Shown here: positions 26,126 through 40,172 of the stretch, piece after piece
Layout: every line of letters begins with the position of its first letter
How positions within the stretch are numbered: the first letter of the stretch is position 1
From: Octopus vulgaris
Lineage: Eukaryota
Length of the DNA: 64,000 nt
NCBI GenBank assembly: GCA_951406725.2
Contig: OX597832.1
Span: forward strand, 40,176,001-40,240,000
Direction of reading: 5' to 3'
Notes under the pieces: model-generated
Told to the model about the DNA's origin: nothing
Database searches by the model: none
Seen by the model: only the letters and a program-made list of their open reading frames with translations
Position numbers and translations under genes: made by a program

Positions 26126-26353
26126 TTAACCCTTTCGTTACCAACCCGGCTTAAACCGGCCTTGGTTCTGAGTACAAATGTCTTGTTTTCATAAGTTTTG
26201 AATTAAAATCTTCCACCAAACCTTAGTCACAATTTATGTTCCTAACACCAGCTGAATGGTAACTAAGTTATTTTACTAAATTCTTTGTTATATTTTAAAT
26301 AATTGAAAGAAACACAGAGCATCTCAACAGAAATACAGTAACAAAAGGGTTAA
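26126..26353. mobile_element. TTAA MITE family 1 (piggyBac-like ends), ~230 bp
   Basis: TTAA-CCCTTTCGTTAC ... GTAACAAAAGGG-TTAA. Copies at 37400-37629, 45931-46159, 48119-48347 (inverted) and ~55045-55393 (partial, interrupted). Confidence 0.85.
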
Positions 26354-29300
26354 CTTTCAGACTTCTCTCTCAAATGCACTTCTTATTTATCCACTTTGTT
26401 TTGAATTAATCATGCATTGCTTTGCTGCTCAGATTTCGATGATGTGATTGCTTATTTTTAGGATAACATTGTAATGTAGGTGTGAGAGGCCTGATCTGGC
26501 TGATTTGAACATAAGACAAGTAGAATATTTTGACCAGATGTGGCTGGTTTAAGTGTTAAAGGGTTAAGGTTTCTTTTGAAGAGTTGTAATTTAATAGCTA
26601 TTTCTTTACTACCCACAAGGGGCTAAACACAGAGGGGACAAACAAGGACAGACAAACGGATTAAGTCGATTATATCGACCCAAGTACGTAACTGGTACTT
26701 ATTTAATCGACCCCGAAAGGATGAAAGTCGACCTCGGCGGAATTTGAACTCACAACGTAGCGGCAGACGAAATACTACTAAGCATTTCGGCTGGCATGCT
26801 AACGTTTCTGCCAACTCGCCGCCTTTGTAATTTAAGAGCTGCTGATAAAACAAGAGCCAGAAGGAATTGTTAAATAATGAGGAAGACAATAATGGGTAGA
26901 CAAGAGGAACGGTACAAGAAGAGCTCATCTGTGAAGGGCAGAGTCCTTTGTAGTAAGGGTAGAAAGGAAAGCAGGAAGAACCAGCATGTCTGGGTGGGTC
27001 AGAAATTGGAGTTTCTTGCTAAGAGATGTCATGCAAGTCATTTGGATGGTTTATTTGTATTTATCTTTTATTTCCTTTTACTTAATTCAGTTATTGGACA
27101 GTGGCCATGCTGGGGCACCACATGGCCACTGGCAGGTTTGGTTGACCAAATCTACCCCTGTACCTTTTTTTAAAAAAAATCTAGTACTTATTTTCTTGAT
27201 CTATTTTGCTGAAAATTGCTGTGTTGTAGGGATGTAAATGAACCTACACAGATTGTCAAGCAGCGGGGAGGACAAAAGATATGCACATACACACGCATGC
27301 ATGAACACGATGGGCTTCTACACAGTTTCCATTGATCAAATTCACTCACAAGGCATTAGTCACCCAAGGCTATATAGTAGAAGACACTTCAGGTGCCATA
27401 CAGTGGGACTGAACCCAAAACTATGTGGTTGCAAAGCAAGCTTCTCAACCACACATACCTGCACCTATTCATTTATGTTTCATGTTTGGGATGTCTTGTG
27501 GTAGTGTTCCATATATGGAAATAGTACCATTCCATTGTGGGACTCGTCTGAGTTTTGTAAAAGGTTAGTGGTTGTGTGGTCGTTAGGAGCAGAAGCAATT
27601 TTCTGGTCCTGAAGATGATGGCCGTGTTTGTAACACAGCCTTTGACAGACACAAAACCTTACAGGCAGGCAGACATCCAGAGATATCTTTAGGTAGACGG
27701 AAATGGTTTATATAGAGACTGTTTCCTGGCTTTTCACACTGGTAACTGATATGATAATTCAATATAAAATGGTTTTTATACGTTCAACTATCTCTTTTGT
27801 TGTTGTTCTATTTTAAGCTGAATAATAATAATAATAATAATATCACATGAGCCTGAGGAAAAGGTAAAAAAATAATACAAAAGAAAGACAATCAAAACCC
27901 AATATTCAATGAATAATGACAAGCTGAACACTAGATATTGATGTTTATAAATTATACTTATTCTTATAAAGTGCACGTGTGTGTGTGTGTGTTATATGTC
28001 TATATAAAATATATACTGTGAATGCAAGCATAAAAGTTAGGGTGTTCATGCCTGTCCCAGGTGTATCATCAATATAACAATCACAAGACTTGGATCTTTG
28101 TTTAAAAATGAAGTTGAATTTTAATGCTTTTTTTTCTCTTGGAAAATTCATTCAAATTGGTGAGGTTTTGCTTGTGAAGAATGAAATCGGCATCTTGTTC
28201 TGCTGTAGAATTACTCTACCACATAACCAGGTCCCGTCTCAGACAAGTGTCCAAAGGCTGTTCATTGTTAAAAACGTCAATAGGCTTTGCACTTTTAGTT
28301 CTGATTCAGAAAGCAGTCTCTCACTGTTACTTAATATTTTTCTACAATTCATGTGATGTCTCATTTTTCTTCCTTTGTTTTCATCTCATAGAATAGATTT
28401 TTTTTTCTTTTTGTGTGTGTGTGTAGAAATATTTATAGACACTAGCATGGATTGTGTGGTCAAGGAGTTTGCTCTCCAACCAAGTGGTTTCAGGTTCAAA
28501 CCCACTGTACAGCACCTTGGACATGTGTTGTGTACTATAGACCCAGGCTACCCAATGCCTTGTGAGTGAATTTGATAGATGGAAACTGTGTGGAGGCCTG
28601 TTATATCTAGGCACAAGGCCCAATATTTTGGGGGAGGGGGCGAGTCAATTAGATCAACCCAGTACACAACTGGTACTTAATTTATCAACCCCCCAAAAGG
28701 ATGAAAGGCAAAGTCCACCCCGGTGGAATTTGAACTTAGAACGTATAGACCAATGAAATACCGCTAAGCATTTCACCCGGTGTGCTAACGTTTCTGCCAG
28801 CATGCTGCCTTTATGGCCTGTTATATCTGTGCGTGCGCGCGCGTGCGTGTGTGTGTGCGTGCATGCTTCTAGCATTTAATAACCTGTGTTGGTTTCTTTG
28901 CATCCCCATAACTTAGCACATCAGCAAAGGAGACTGACAGAATAATTACCACACTCTTTAACCATGGCCGCAATCCAATAATTGAAATGAGTAAAAAAAA
29001 AAAAATTTGTTAATTGTTCAATGTAAAGCATAGGATGGGAGTTGAAACTCAGTTGCACTGATCCAATATAAAGATATTGAAACATGAATCTACAAATGAT
29101 GGAGGGGGGGGGACAATGATATAGAAACCTTAATTAGGTTTCCTCATTTACATTATGATTCATATAATTAGATTAATATAGATGATGGAATAGAAAAATA
29201 TAATACTTTTACATAAATACAATGCAGAATAGTAAATTTTTTATGGATTTGAAATTTTGTTTTCTGAACATAAAAAAAAAAAAAAAAAATTATTTCTAGG

Positions 29301-30466
29301 AGGAAGGTAAAATGGTATGTCACATGATTGATAATTAAAAGCACTAAAATAAAATGGAATTTCTTTCCAGGAATAACTAAGCTTCTGTAGAACACAAATG
29401 AATGACCTGCATACTTTGCTTCTAATAATTAATCTATTTTGTCACAGAATTATATAACTGTGAACTAACAAGGGAGCTTCAACATAGTCACTTGGCCTGC
29501 TAAATATAACAGCTGAATACCCCTCGAATTATACCCTGCCAACCTGGAAAAAAGAAGAAAAAAAAGGATGTGGTCCTTTCCCTCCGAAAACCAGGATAGT
29601 TCTAGTTAGAACGACTTTGGTCATAGTCTGCTTGGATAAGGGTTAGCTTGAAGCTATGCAACTACAACAGGTTTATTATTTATTAATCATAAAAATAATT
29701 ACAGAGATGTACTTGCATAGCAAGTGACTTGATCTGAGATCGTGTGCTGGAACAAAAACAATTGCAGCGTGGAAGGTGTTTTCTAACATATTTAGTGCAA
29801 ATTTGTGGGAAGGTATCATTAATTAAATTAACTTCTGCTGGTTGTTATTGTTCAGCCCCAGGTCAGTCCTGATCCCGCAGACCTATGACCAAAGAAATTC
29901 AAGGTTCAACCGTCCCAATTTTTTTTCATACTTAATTCAATCTATCTTTCTTATTTAAAACAGTATGGTGTAATTTGAGAGAAATTTGGCTGCTATTTCC
30001 AGCAGGTTTAACTCTCTCATTGTCTTAAGTGTTTCCATTAGCATTTGATGGGACAAATGATATTATTTATACAAATCATATGATATTTACTTCATGCAGT
30101 TTAAACATTATCTTCATCATCACTTTATCTTTCTAATATTGCGTTGGCGATCTGCTTAGCAACAACTGTTACCTTAGTTACAACACAGCATTAGAAAACA
30201 AATTTTGTTTGTGTGTGCATGTAATAAGAGTGGATTTAACGTGTGGCATTAGAAAGGGCATCCAACTATAAAAACATTCAATAAAGTCCAATCCAAGCCA
30301 TAACAGCACAGAAACTAATTACTCTCTTTTACTTGTTTCAGTCATTTGACTGCGGCCATGCTGGAGCACCGCCTTTATTAGGTATTTCATCATCATCATC
30401 ATTAACATCATAATGATGTAGTTCTAGGTCAAGCTTGATCCAGCTGACCAAAAATGTTCCATATAT

Positions 30467-30703
30467 ATATATTTCTTTACTACCCACAAGGGGGCTAAAC
30501 ATAGAGGGGACAAACAAGGACAGACAAAGGTATTAAGTCGATTACATCGACCCCAGTGCGAAACTGGTACTTTATTTATCGACCCCAAAAGGATGAAAGG
30601 TAAAGTCGACCTCAGCGGAATTTGAACTCAGAACGTAACGACAGACGAAATACCGCTAAGTATTTCGCCTGGCGCGCCAATGATTCTGCCAGCTCGCCAC
30701 CTT
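30467..30703 (-). mobile_element. SINE family B monomer with TSD
   Basis: 17-bp TSD AAAAATGTTCCATATAT at 30450-30466 and 30704-30720. Confidence 0.9.
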
Positions 30704-31524
30704 AAAAATGTTCCATATATAACCATCTAATCTATTTTAGATTTAGATTTAGTATATCTTAGTCTGGTCTGTATGGATAAGACTATACTGTACTGAGGAG
30801 GTCTGAAAAGATTGAAACATGTCTGAATTATACTTTCCAAAGATCCAGGACCCAATGCCCTCAAAATACCCTATTCCCCTTTTTTTACCCAATTTGAGTT
30901 TTAGAGTTGCTTCCCTTACCTTTCAGAAACAAATTATCACTGAAGCTAATGATTTCCCATTACAATTAATTAATAATTTTGAAAGAACATACATTAAATA
31001 TACTAACCTCCATAAAAGTATAGAAAATCTAGCATTACATAAATACATTTCCTCACTTCTTTTCTTTGGTTTTTTTTTTAAATAGCTGAGTGTAATTTAA
31101 GGGTGATTTAGATCTTATTTCTAACTGATTCCAGGCTTACTTTTGGCCCATACATGAAGTGTATATATGTATGTATGTGAGGAGATGGTTTCTGCTGATT
31201 TGAGTTACTTCCCCCTGGTCACACGTCTTTATCAAGTTCACCCCTAGAGGGAGGAGTCAGGATTATTTTTGTTAATTACAGAATTTGTATGTTTTTTCAT
31301 AGTCATTCAAGATTAAGCAAATCTCTGAAAGAAAAACAATCCAACTATGACTATCATGTCTTTTTGTATATTTAGGCTAAATTAGTCAATGTATCGTCTT
31401 GTTTTTAAGAAAAGTTGTAATTTGAGGGGATTTGGTTGCTATTACTAGAAAATTGAACAGCTAAACACATTGGTCCAGATATTTGTTACATTGTTCTCTC
31501 AGGTATCTTTATAATAAACCAACA

Positions 31525-32398
31525 TAGGCACAGATGTTGCTGTGTGGTAAGGAAATCACTTCTCAACCACAAGGTCCTGGGCTCAGTCCCACTGTGTGGC
31601 ACCTTGAGCGAGTTTCTTTTATAGCCCCAGGCCAACCAAAGCCTTGTGAGTGGATTTAGTAGGCGGAACCTTAAAGAAGTCCATCGTATAAATGTGTATG
31701 TGTCTGTATCTATGTTTGTCCCTCACCACCACTTGACAACCGGTGTTGGTGTGGTTGCATCCCTGTAGCTTAGTGGTTATGCAAAAGAGACCGATAGAAT
31801 AAGTACCAGGCTTAAAAATGAAAGTACTGGGATCAATTCATTCAACTAGAATTTCTTCCAGCCAGTGCTCCAGCATGGCCGCAGTCTAGTGACTGAAACA
31901 AGTAGAGGATAAAAGATTCATCTGTAGAAATATGAAGGGGAAGCTGTGATTACAAAAAAGTGGTTAGAAATAGGCATGGCTGTGTTGTTAAATGTTTACT
32001 TTACAGTTACACCGTCTCAGGTTCAGTCCTGCTGCACAGCAGCACTTTGGCTAAATTTCTTCTATTATGGCCTCATGTCAACCAAAGTCATGTGAGTGGA
32101 TTTGATGGACAGAATCTGGAAGAAGCCAGTTGTGTGTGTGTTTGTTTGTGTTTCTGTCTCCTTGTCTTGATGTCACGTGGTAATTGTACGCAAATATTGC
32201 CATCATGCAAGCGGTGTCGGTTGTTTGCAGTCTTCCGCTAGATCATGACTGACCATTGTCCTGTTCATATCCAAAGGACGAGAGGAAATATTACACTGCT
32301 TAGAAACAAGTGAGGGTTGGGGCAAAGAAGAGCGTCCGGTTGTAGAAAATCTGCCTCATTGAATTTTGTCTGACCCATGCAAGCAAGGAAAGTAGGCA
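31525..32398 (+). mobile_element. Two older SINE A-type copies (~31525-31915, ~31972-32398)
   Basis: Diverged head and body. The second ends in an RTE-like tail (GAAGAGCGTCCGGTTGTAGAAA...ACCCATGCAAGCA). Confidence 0.7.
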
Positions 32399-33014
32399 TT
32401 AACCCTTTAGTGTCACAGATTACTCTGTTAAATGTAATACTTTTTCACTCAAATCATTTTGAATTAATCATACATTATCTTTTAGCTTTGAGGTTTCAAT
32501 GATGTGATTGCTTATTTTAGAATGTCAATGTAGGTTAGGTGTGAGAGGCTAGATATGGCCAGTTTGAATGTAAAAACATGTCGGATATTTGGGCCGGATA
32601 TGGCCGGCTTAAACACCAAAGGGTTAAAACAATGATGATGATGATGTAACTGGTAGTCCAACCTGTATTTATGTGTTTCCATATATCTATGCCTGTGTAT
32701 GTTTCACCATTTTTATCTCTGTGTGTGTGTGTGTGTATGTGTGTGCATCTGTCTGATTCAAGTATATATCTGTCATGTGGTTTGTTATGTAACTCAAACT
32801 TACAATGAATTTTATCCTTGCATAGATTCCATCCCCTCGTTAACCACCCGTCTCCCATTCCCTTATTTTCGGTACTTATGTTTCTAGTTTGAAGGTAATT
32901 ATTAAAGTTCATAAAACCTCACCAGGCTAGATTTCTCTCTCTCTCTCTCTCGCATCTTAGCTCTGCCATCTTCATCAGTACCTGTGCTGACTCACTGCAG
33001 CAGTTACTGCAGAC

Positions 33015-33053
<39 letters not shown>

Positions 33054-33654
33054 TCTTGAAAAATTAGAAATAAAATCTATATTTATCTACTGTTTTACAA
33101 TGGAACAAAATTTAATAAGAGCAGTTGACCAGTTGGACATGTGAAGGGCACAGTTTGTTGCTGTGGTAAGCCTTAATTATGGAAGGGCAGTAGTTATTGC
33201 ACTCTGGCCACGTTGCCTGCCTCTGCTGTCGCCACCAGAAACATTTACTGGCAAACAGAAATAGGCTGCGGAGAAGGAGATGGTGTAACAAATCTAAAGT
33301 TGTCTCACTAAACTCTGATTCATCACCACATATCGAAGTGTGTAGCATGATCTTCAGCTTGGGAGAGGCTCGGTATTACCTGGCAAGAGGAATCTATGTG
33401 TCACACCCTGTTGTTCGGTCGACTATCTGCACGTTGTAGGACTGGCTGTTGGATCAGAGCTGTCCTGGAGCTATGCTTACACACACACACACATACACAC
33501 ACCTATGAAGAGTATAATGGCCACACATAATTTCGTGGAAAGCTGCAAACAAATGACACCGCACGTGTGCACATGCATACATAAGCATGAAATTTCAGAA
33601 ATAAAATATAAAACCTCACACATATACACACACATGCAGACATACCCTCATGCA

Positions 33655-33874
33655 CATCTCTCTCTCTCTTACTCGTTCTCTCTCTCTCTCTCTTTGAGTG
33701 TCTGACTCTCTCTTACTCGTTCTCTCTCTATCTCTCTCTCTCATTCTCTCTCTCTCTTACTCGTTCTCTCTCTCTCTCTCTCTTTGAGTGTCTGACTCTC
33801 TCTTACTCGTTCTCTCTCTATCTCTCTTTGAGTGTCTGACTCTCTCTTACTCGTTCTCTCTCTATCTCTCTCTC

Positions 33875-33913
<39 letters not shown>

Positions 33914-33932
33914 GTCTGTCTCTCTCTTACTC
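33655..33932. repeat. CT-rich minisatellite
   Basis: Repeated CTCTCTCTTACTCGTTCTCTCTC and TTTGAGTGTCTGA modules. Confidence 0.85.
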
Positions 33933-34644
33933 ACTTACACACACCAAAAATGCACTATGCAATCAACAGAACAAGTTGCAGTATAATTAGGCGGTTGCTC
34001 TAGCTTGGCCAGAGATCACAACAGTTTGAATGAAGGGTACTTATTGGAACTTACCTTCTTGGATTCATGTTCTCTTTTCTTTCTTTCTTTCTTTCTTGTA
34101 CCTGTATACCACTATGCGAGATCGGGAACTGAAACTGCTACACTGGTGTGTGTGCATTTGTGTGTGTGTGTGTGTGTGTCATGTGTGTGTGTGTGTGTGT
34201 GTGTGTGAGTGTGTGTGTGTGTGTGTCTGAGTGTGTGTGTGTGTGTGTCTCTCTCTTTCTCACTTTTTTGTTGTCAGTATTAAAGAATTGTCTCAAAGGA
34301 AAACTCGACTTCTTTCCTTCTTCGCACATTGGGTTCAAGGTGTGTGCAGACATAGCAATGTGGCAAGAAGGTTGCTTCACAACGGTGAGGCCCTGGCTTT
34401 GAGCACATTCCGTTGTACCTGATCCGGTCTCTTCTATCAGTAGAGAAAAAACAGTGCATAAGCCCATTGTGTGTGTGGGTGTGTGACTTAGCTGCTCGAC
34501 AACTATAGATCAATAATATTGAGTACCAGGCTGAGGTAAGTACCGGGGGCTGGCTGGTTATAACCGGCTGGAACAATTGGAAAAAGTGCCCCAGCATGGT
34601 CACGGTTCAATGAATGAAACCAGTAAAAGATTATAAATGAAATG

Positions 34645-34677
<33 letters not shown>

Positions 34678-36082
34678 GACATAAAAACACCTACATATAT
34701 ATTAAACAATGTGTGAACTAAGTTGTGTGTGGTGAGAGAGAGAGACAATGAAAATGCTAAACAGCTTTCATTTGGACAGATGTGAAAAGCTAATGGAATT
34801 TTTTTTCAATAATTTGTTGTTGTTATTATTGTTATCATCATCATAATAATAATAATAATGATAATAATAATTGTTAGTATTATTATATTCAGTTTAGCAG
34901 TTTAGACATGAATAGATTCCTAGGAGTCATCTTTTGTCAGCTCTGTTATGTTAGAATGTAGCCAAGCACTCACACACACACACACACACACACTCTGACC
35001 AGTTTCTGATTACCACTCCCCATCCTCCATTGCTGACCTCCCCCACTTCTTTCCCCTCCGCACACACACACATGCAAACTCTCTCTCTCTCTCTCTCTCT
35101 CACACTAACTGTCTCTTTCTCTCTCTCTCTCTTTCTCTCTCTCTCAGTTCTAGCAAACGTTCATGTTGTGTATTATTATTGACTTGAGCTGCTGCAACAG
35201 GTCTGACCTCCCTCTCGCACCACTCTGGCCTTCCATGGGATGTGACTCATGAAGCTACTTGGCAGCGTGTGGTAGTGCGTTAGTGTAAGCTCGTTATAAT
35301 TTCTCTTGACCAGTAAACCACTCGGCTAGCTTCTTACTCTGTAGTTTTTACCAAGACACACACACGCACACACACACAAAAAAAAAACAAAAAAAAAGCT
35401 CAAACCACAGTTTCTCATCTCCACCTCTCTCCTCTCTCTTACACACACACACACAGAGTTACACACACATACATTCACCACACATACGCATCCTCCATTC
35501 AGCCTGTTGACGGATTGTGCCGTCGTCCAGCTTCCAAAGTTTTTTTTTTGCTGGGTGTTTCTTGTCAATTACAAAAAATTCTGGACCAACTTTCTATCGG
35601 ATGGTTTTGCTGTCTTCCGTCTTGTTCACCAAACAATCGGCCGTTGTCCACGGCAGTTTTACCAAAGACTTTCTGAACTTGTTGCGCCGCATAGTTCTTC
35701 CCTTATTGTCTGCTGTTGACAACTGTAGCAACACCACCAACAGCAGCAGCAGAAGCAGAAGCAGCAGTGACTATATTAAAACATGTTTTCCTCTTGTTTC
35801 ACTTACATCCTATTGGCACGGATAGCATACAACTAACCACTACCACCACCACCACCACTGTTACAACTATCACCACCACCATCACCATCACCATCATCAA
35901 CGGCAGTAACAACAGTTGCCGGTATTATAACCACTGCCTCTGTTGTTATTGTTATTTCTCCATAGTTCAAGTGTCTTCACAATCGGCCAGCATCATCAGC
36001 TGACAATGATGACTTAGTAACACACTGACAGTCATTTATTCAGCTCTGTTACACTTTCTTCCCTCAAGCACATTACTTGGTC

Positions 36083-36116
36083 ATGCCTGGAAATTTCACC
36101 TTTCGAAGGAGAAGTG
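36083..36116 (+). CDS. Candidate alternative first coding exon of PAK (MPGNFTFRRRS+G)
   Basis: ATG 36083, 11 codons + 1 nt, donor G|GTAAGC. Same donor hexamer and phase 1 as the PAK exon. Preceded by unique UTR/promoter-like sequence (~35150-36080). Confidence 0.5.
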
Positions 36117-36877
36117 GTAAGCTTACTTGGTTGTTTACTCAAAACTTTCTTCAGCCCAAAAACCCTCTCAACATAATTTCTTCTGTTTTTCTTTCCTTTC
36201 CTTTCTATTTCTATTTTTAAATATCAACTCAAAAACACTTATTTTCTCCTTCATGTTTTGGGATTTAAAAAAAAAAAAAAGGCCAAAAATTATTGTCACT
36301 CCTTGTTTGTTGTCGGTCCGTGTTTTTTATCTACAGTAAAGTGAATTTGTTTCTTGAATTAAGTAGGTGTGTGTGTGTGAGAGAGAGAGAGAGGGGTCAA
36401 GTGTTGTTTTATTACAGTGACCATCAGTTTTTTGACCCTTTATAAAGGTAATTTTTTTTCTTTATTTCCTAACTTGCTCTGTTTCACACATTAAGTCCCC
36501 TACTCTGTTGTTGCGGTCGAGGAAGGGATCTCACCGCTACATTCAACAACAGGTTGTCAACAGCAATTATTTATCAGCTTCTTAATTGGTGACAACATCT
36601 GAGCACGGGAGCAAAAAAAAAACTAAGTTTATATTCCTCCTGATTTTTTTTTCCTTCCCCCTTGCACCCCCCCCCCCACTTCATTATCCAGATTCATTAA
36701 CTGCAGATTTCCCCCCATTTAATTATGTTTTACTTGCATTTACAACAATCAGACGGAATTTTACACCAAATTAAAGCCCGGTCTCCAATTACAGCTGCTC
36801 CATTTTTAATTCTTTCTTCCAATTTGGATGCTTGAAATGCTTTCAGCTTTGTCACTTCTCCCTCTGCCAAACTCTCT

Positions 36878-36922
<45 letters not shown>

Positions 36923-39466
36923 TTTTGTATACAAGTAATATGCGACAGGATAAACTTTTCAGATAAGCAGGGGTTGTCTGCTCTTGTTTCACTGTTTAAA
37001 ACTTTTAGAGAATTTGGTACAGAATGGTGGTGGTGGTGGTGGTGGTGGTGGAGTATTTTGTTTTGAATTCTAGAGGGTCTTTTGTTTGTTTTATTTTAAT
37101 CTTCTATGGTTTTATTCAACATTCATCTTCAATAATAATAATTACAATTTTTCTGTATTTGCTATATATTTTTTTATAATATTCCCAAGATGTTTTCCTG
37201 TTTCGTCAATGTGGAAGCCTTCTTGGTCGTTCGCCCTGCTTAAAAGAGCAGCCAAATCTCAAATCACACCCTCCGGTTTTTAACAAGAGCACATTAGATA
37301 ATGTTGTTTTAAAAACCCCTAAAAGGACATGATGGTCACAGATGGAATGTGTTTGATCATAAGTTTAATCAATGTTGAAAAGGGCTTACCCAGTTGCATT
37401 TAACCCTTTCGTTACCAACATGGCCAAAACCGGCTCTGGCTCTTTAGTACAAATGTCTTGTTTTCATAAGTTCTGAATTAAAATCTCCCACCAAACCTTA
37501 GTCACAATTTATGTTCCTAACACTAGCTGAATGATAATTAAGTTATTTTACTAAATTCTTTGTTATATTTAAAACCGATTGAAAGAAACACAGAGCATCT
37601 CAAAATAAATACAGTAACGAAGGGGTTAATTACTCTGACAAATGTAGTGCTTATTATGTATTCACATTTTTAAAAAAATTAATTAAGCACTAGCTTATAA
37701 CTTTGAGATTTTGACATTGTGAATGTTTATCTTCAGAGTAATGTTGTAGGGTAGGTGTGAGAGGCTGGATCTGGCTGGTCTGAACATAAAACTGCTAACA
37801 TATCTGAACTGGATATCACTGGTATAAAATGCTAACGAGTCCCGCTGAATGTTAACTTTGCCTTTCATCCCTCAATAAAATAAAGTACATGTGAAGTACC
37901 AGGATTGATGTAAATGACCAGACCCCCTCCTCTCCTCAAAACTGCTCCCCTTATGCCTTAATTGTTATTACTATTATGTTGTTATACTAAATGGCTAAAT
38001 AACAACAACCCTTTAGTAATGTTAAAGTGTTTCCTAACTGATTTATTCTAGAGATCTAATCTCAGGATGCTGCGACCGCTCGGTTCAAAGTCTCCCTTGA
38101 CCACAAATGGCCTGAACCCTTTACATGAACTCCACCCTGTACATAACTCCATGTACCCCTACATGGCCTTGCTTTTTGCTTTTTGAACCAAAAAATTAAC
38201 TAACTAACTAACTGACCACACAAAGGAAACGACGGAGGCCTGTGTTGAGTTGGAGAGGTGCTAATTGGAAATTGGTCTCTCTCCGACCCATGTTAGTTTG
38301 GAAAGGTAGACATCAAAAATGGCTGTGGCATTGTTGGTGATTCAGTGGCCATCATGCCTTGTGTGTGGTTCCTCCCACCCAAGCATAGCTGCCTACTCCT
38401 CCTCCTCGCATTTCATGTAAATGCTATAATGACCATTTATTGTTTCTTTTACACTATACAATGTCACCATCATCATCATCATCACCCCACTGTTTAGTAT
38501 TTTAACTATTGTGTTTATTACTAGTTGCTGCTGCTGCTGTTACTACTATTACCACCACCATCACCACTTCACTATTCACTCATTCTCAATGTTCTTATAT
38601 AAAGAATCGGAGTAACAAGATCCATTTGTGTCCCCACACCTATCATCAATCCTCAGTCGACCCCGTCAATCTTTATTCAGTCTGCCTATATAACCTATTT
38701 CTTTGCTACCCACCAGGGGACAAACAAGGACAGACAAACGGATTAAGCCGATCACATCGACCCCAGTGCATAACTGGTACTTATTTAATCGACTCTGAAC
38801 GGATGAAAAGGCAAAGTCGACCTTGGCGGAATTTGAACTCAGAACGTAGTGGCAGACGAAATACCGCTTTCTGCTAGTCTGCCTATATACCCTTCAGTCT
38901 TTATTCAGTCTGCCTTTATACCCTCCAACCCTTCATCTTCCCTAACTGTATCCCTTCCACTCCTCTACCCCAGTCTTACCTTCTGCCCATCTGTGCACAT
39001 CACCCATCATCTACCTTAGCTTTGCTTTCCTCTCATCTACCTTGGTTCTAACCTTCATTCCTCATCTGCTCTCAGCTGTGCTTACCATCCTCTTCAATTC
39101 CTGCATCAATTGAGGTGTTTTTATTTTTTTGACCACTAAACAATATAAAGATAGTTTAGTTCAAGAGGTCACTGGTTGTATCTGCATTATATAGTGTGCA
39201 TCAAGAAGTTATAAACTACACATCATAGACCCAGGGGTCACAAGTTGTACAGTGTATTACATACCATAAGTCCAGGGACCAACAATATAAGTGTGCCATA
39301 TAGTGTGGGTTCAAGGGTCACTAGCTATTCAGTACATTATATAGTTTATGTCCAGTCTCACAGTACCTGATGCTAACAAATGCAGCCAGAATAGTCAGTA
39401 AGATGATATAGATCAAGTTTCATCGTGTTATATAGGTAAGATGATATAGGTTGAGTTTCATCATAT

Positions 39467-40172
39467 AAGGCATTTAGTAACTGACCGTTGTAAGCGCCAC
39501 AACTTAAAAACTGAGAAAAGCGCAGTCAAAGTTTTGCGACTTTTAGAATGCGATATCTCAGCTAAGAATGAAGTTAGAAAGCTGGTTTTTGTCTTAAAAT
39601 GACCGTGAAGATCTCCTATAATCATTCCACCTATTTAAAATTATTTAGGTAAGCATCTGAAAGATGAAACAATGGCTGCGTCTTTCTCATTTTGTAGAGT
39701 ATACCGGTACTATGAAATGATGTATTGCATTGCATATTTTAACCAAAATACCTACAAAAAAACATACAGAGGCCCCCACCAAAGGTATTGTTTGTGTTTT
39801 AACATCCCAAGATAAGTATCTTTAAGATGTAAGTAAGACAAGATAGTAAGATAATAGCCCATTATCATTATGATGCTAACGAGGACTATTAGAAAATGAG
39901 CCATAACACCTCGGTAAACTATACAGGGGCCACACCAAAGTTATTGATTGAGCACATGTGCTAACAATGGTGTGTTAATTAATTCTCTGGTCTGAGTTTG
40001 GGTGAGCGAGCATTGTGCCAATAGCGTTGAGGTACAATTTTTTCAACCTTATTGCAAGCCTCACCAGTTCTTCCAACTTTTTAGGATTCTAGACATCAAG
40101 ACAAAGAAAATGATATACTAACCTCAGAAATGGCTGGGGTGGTGCTTACGACACTCTGTTACTAAATTCCTC
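39467..40172. mobile_element. Non-autonomous DNA transposon with ~33-bp imperfect TIRs and ATAT TSD (Sola2-like)
   Basis: Left AAGGCATTTAGTAACTGACCGTTGTAAGCGCCAC; right reverse complement GAGGAATTTAGTAACAGAGTGTCGTAAGCACCAC. ATAT at 39463-66 and 40173-76. Confidence 0.7.

Noticed and set aside
27614-27692. Short ORF / possible exon after the PAK exon
   Set aside because: The ATG frame ends in TAG, acceptor phase is incompatible, and there is no recognisable homology.
33100-33171. Donor GTG|GTAAGC in a unique island
   Set aside because: No open ATG frame reaches the donor in phase 1; it could be non-coding but is unsupported.
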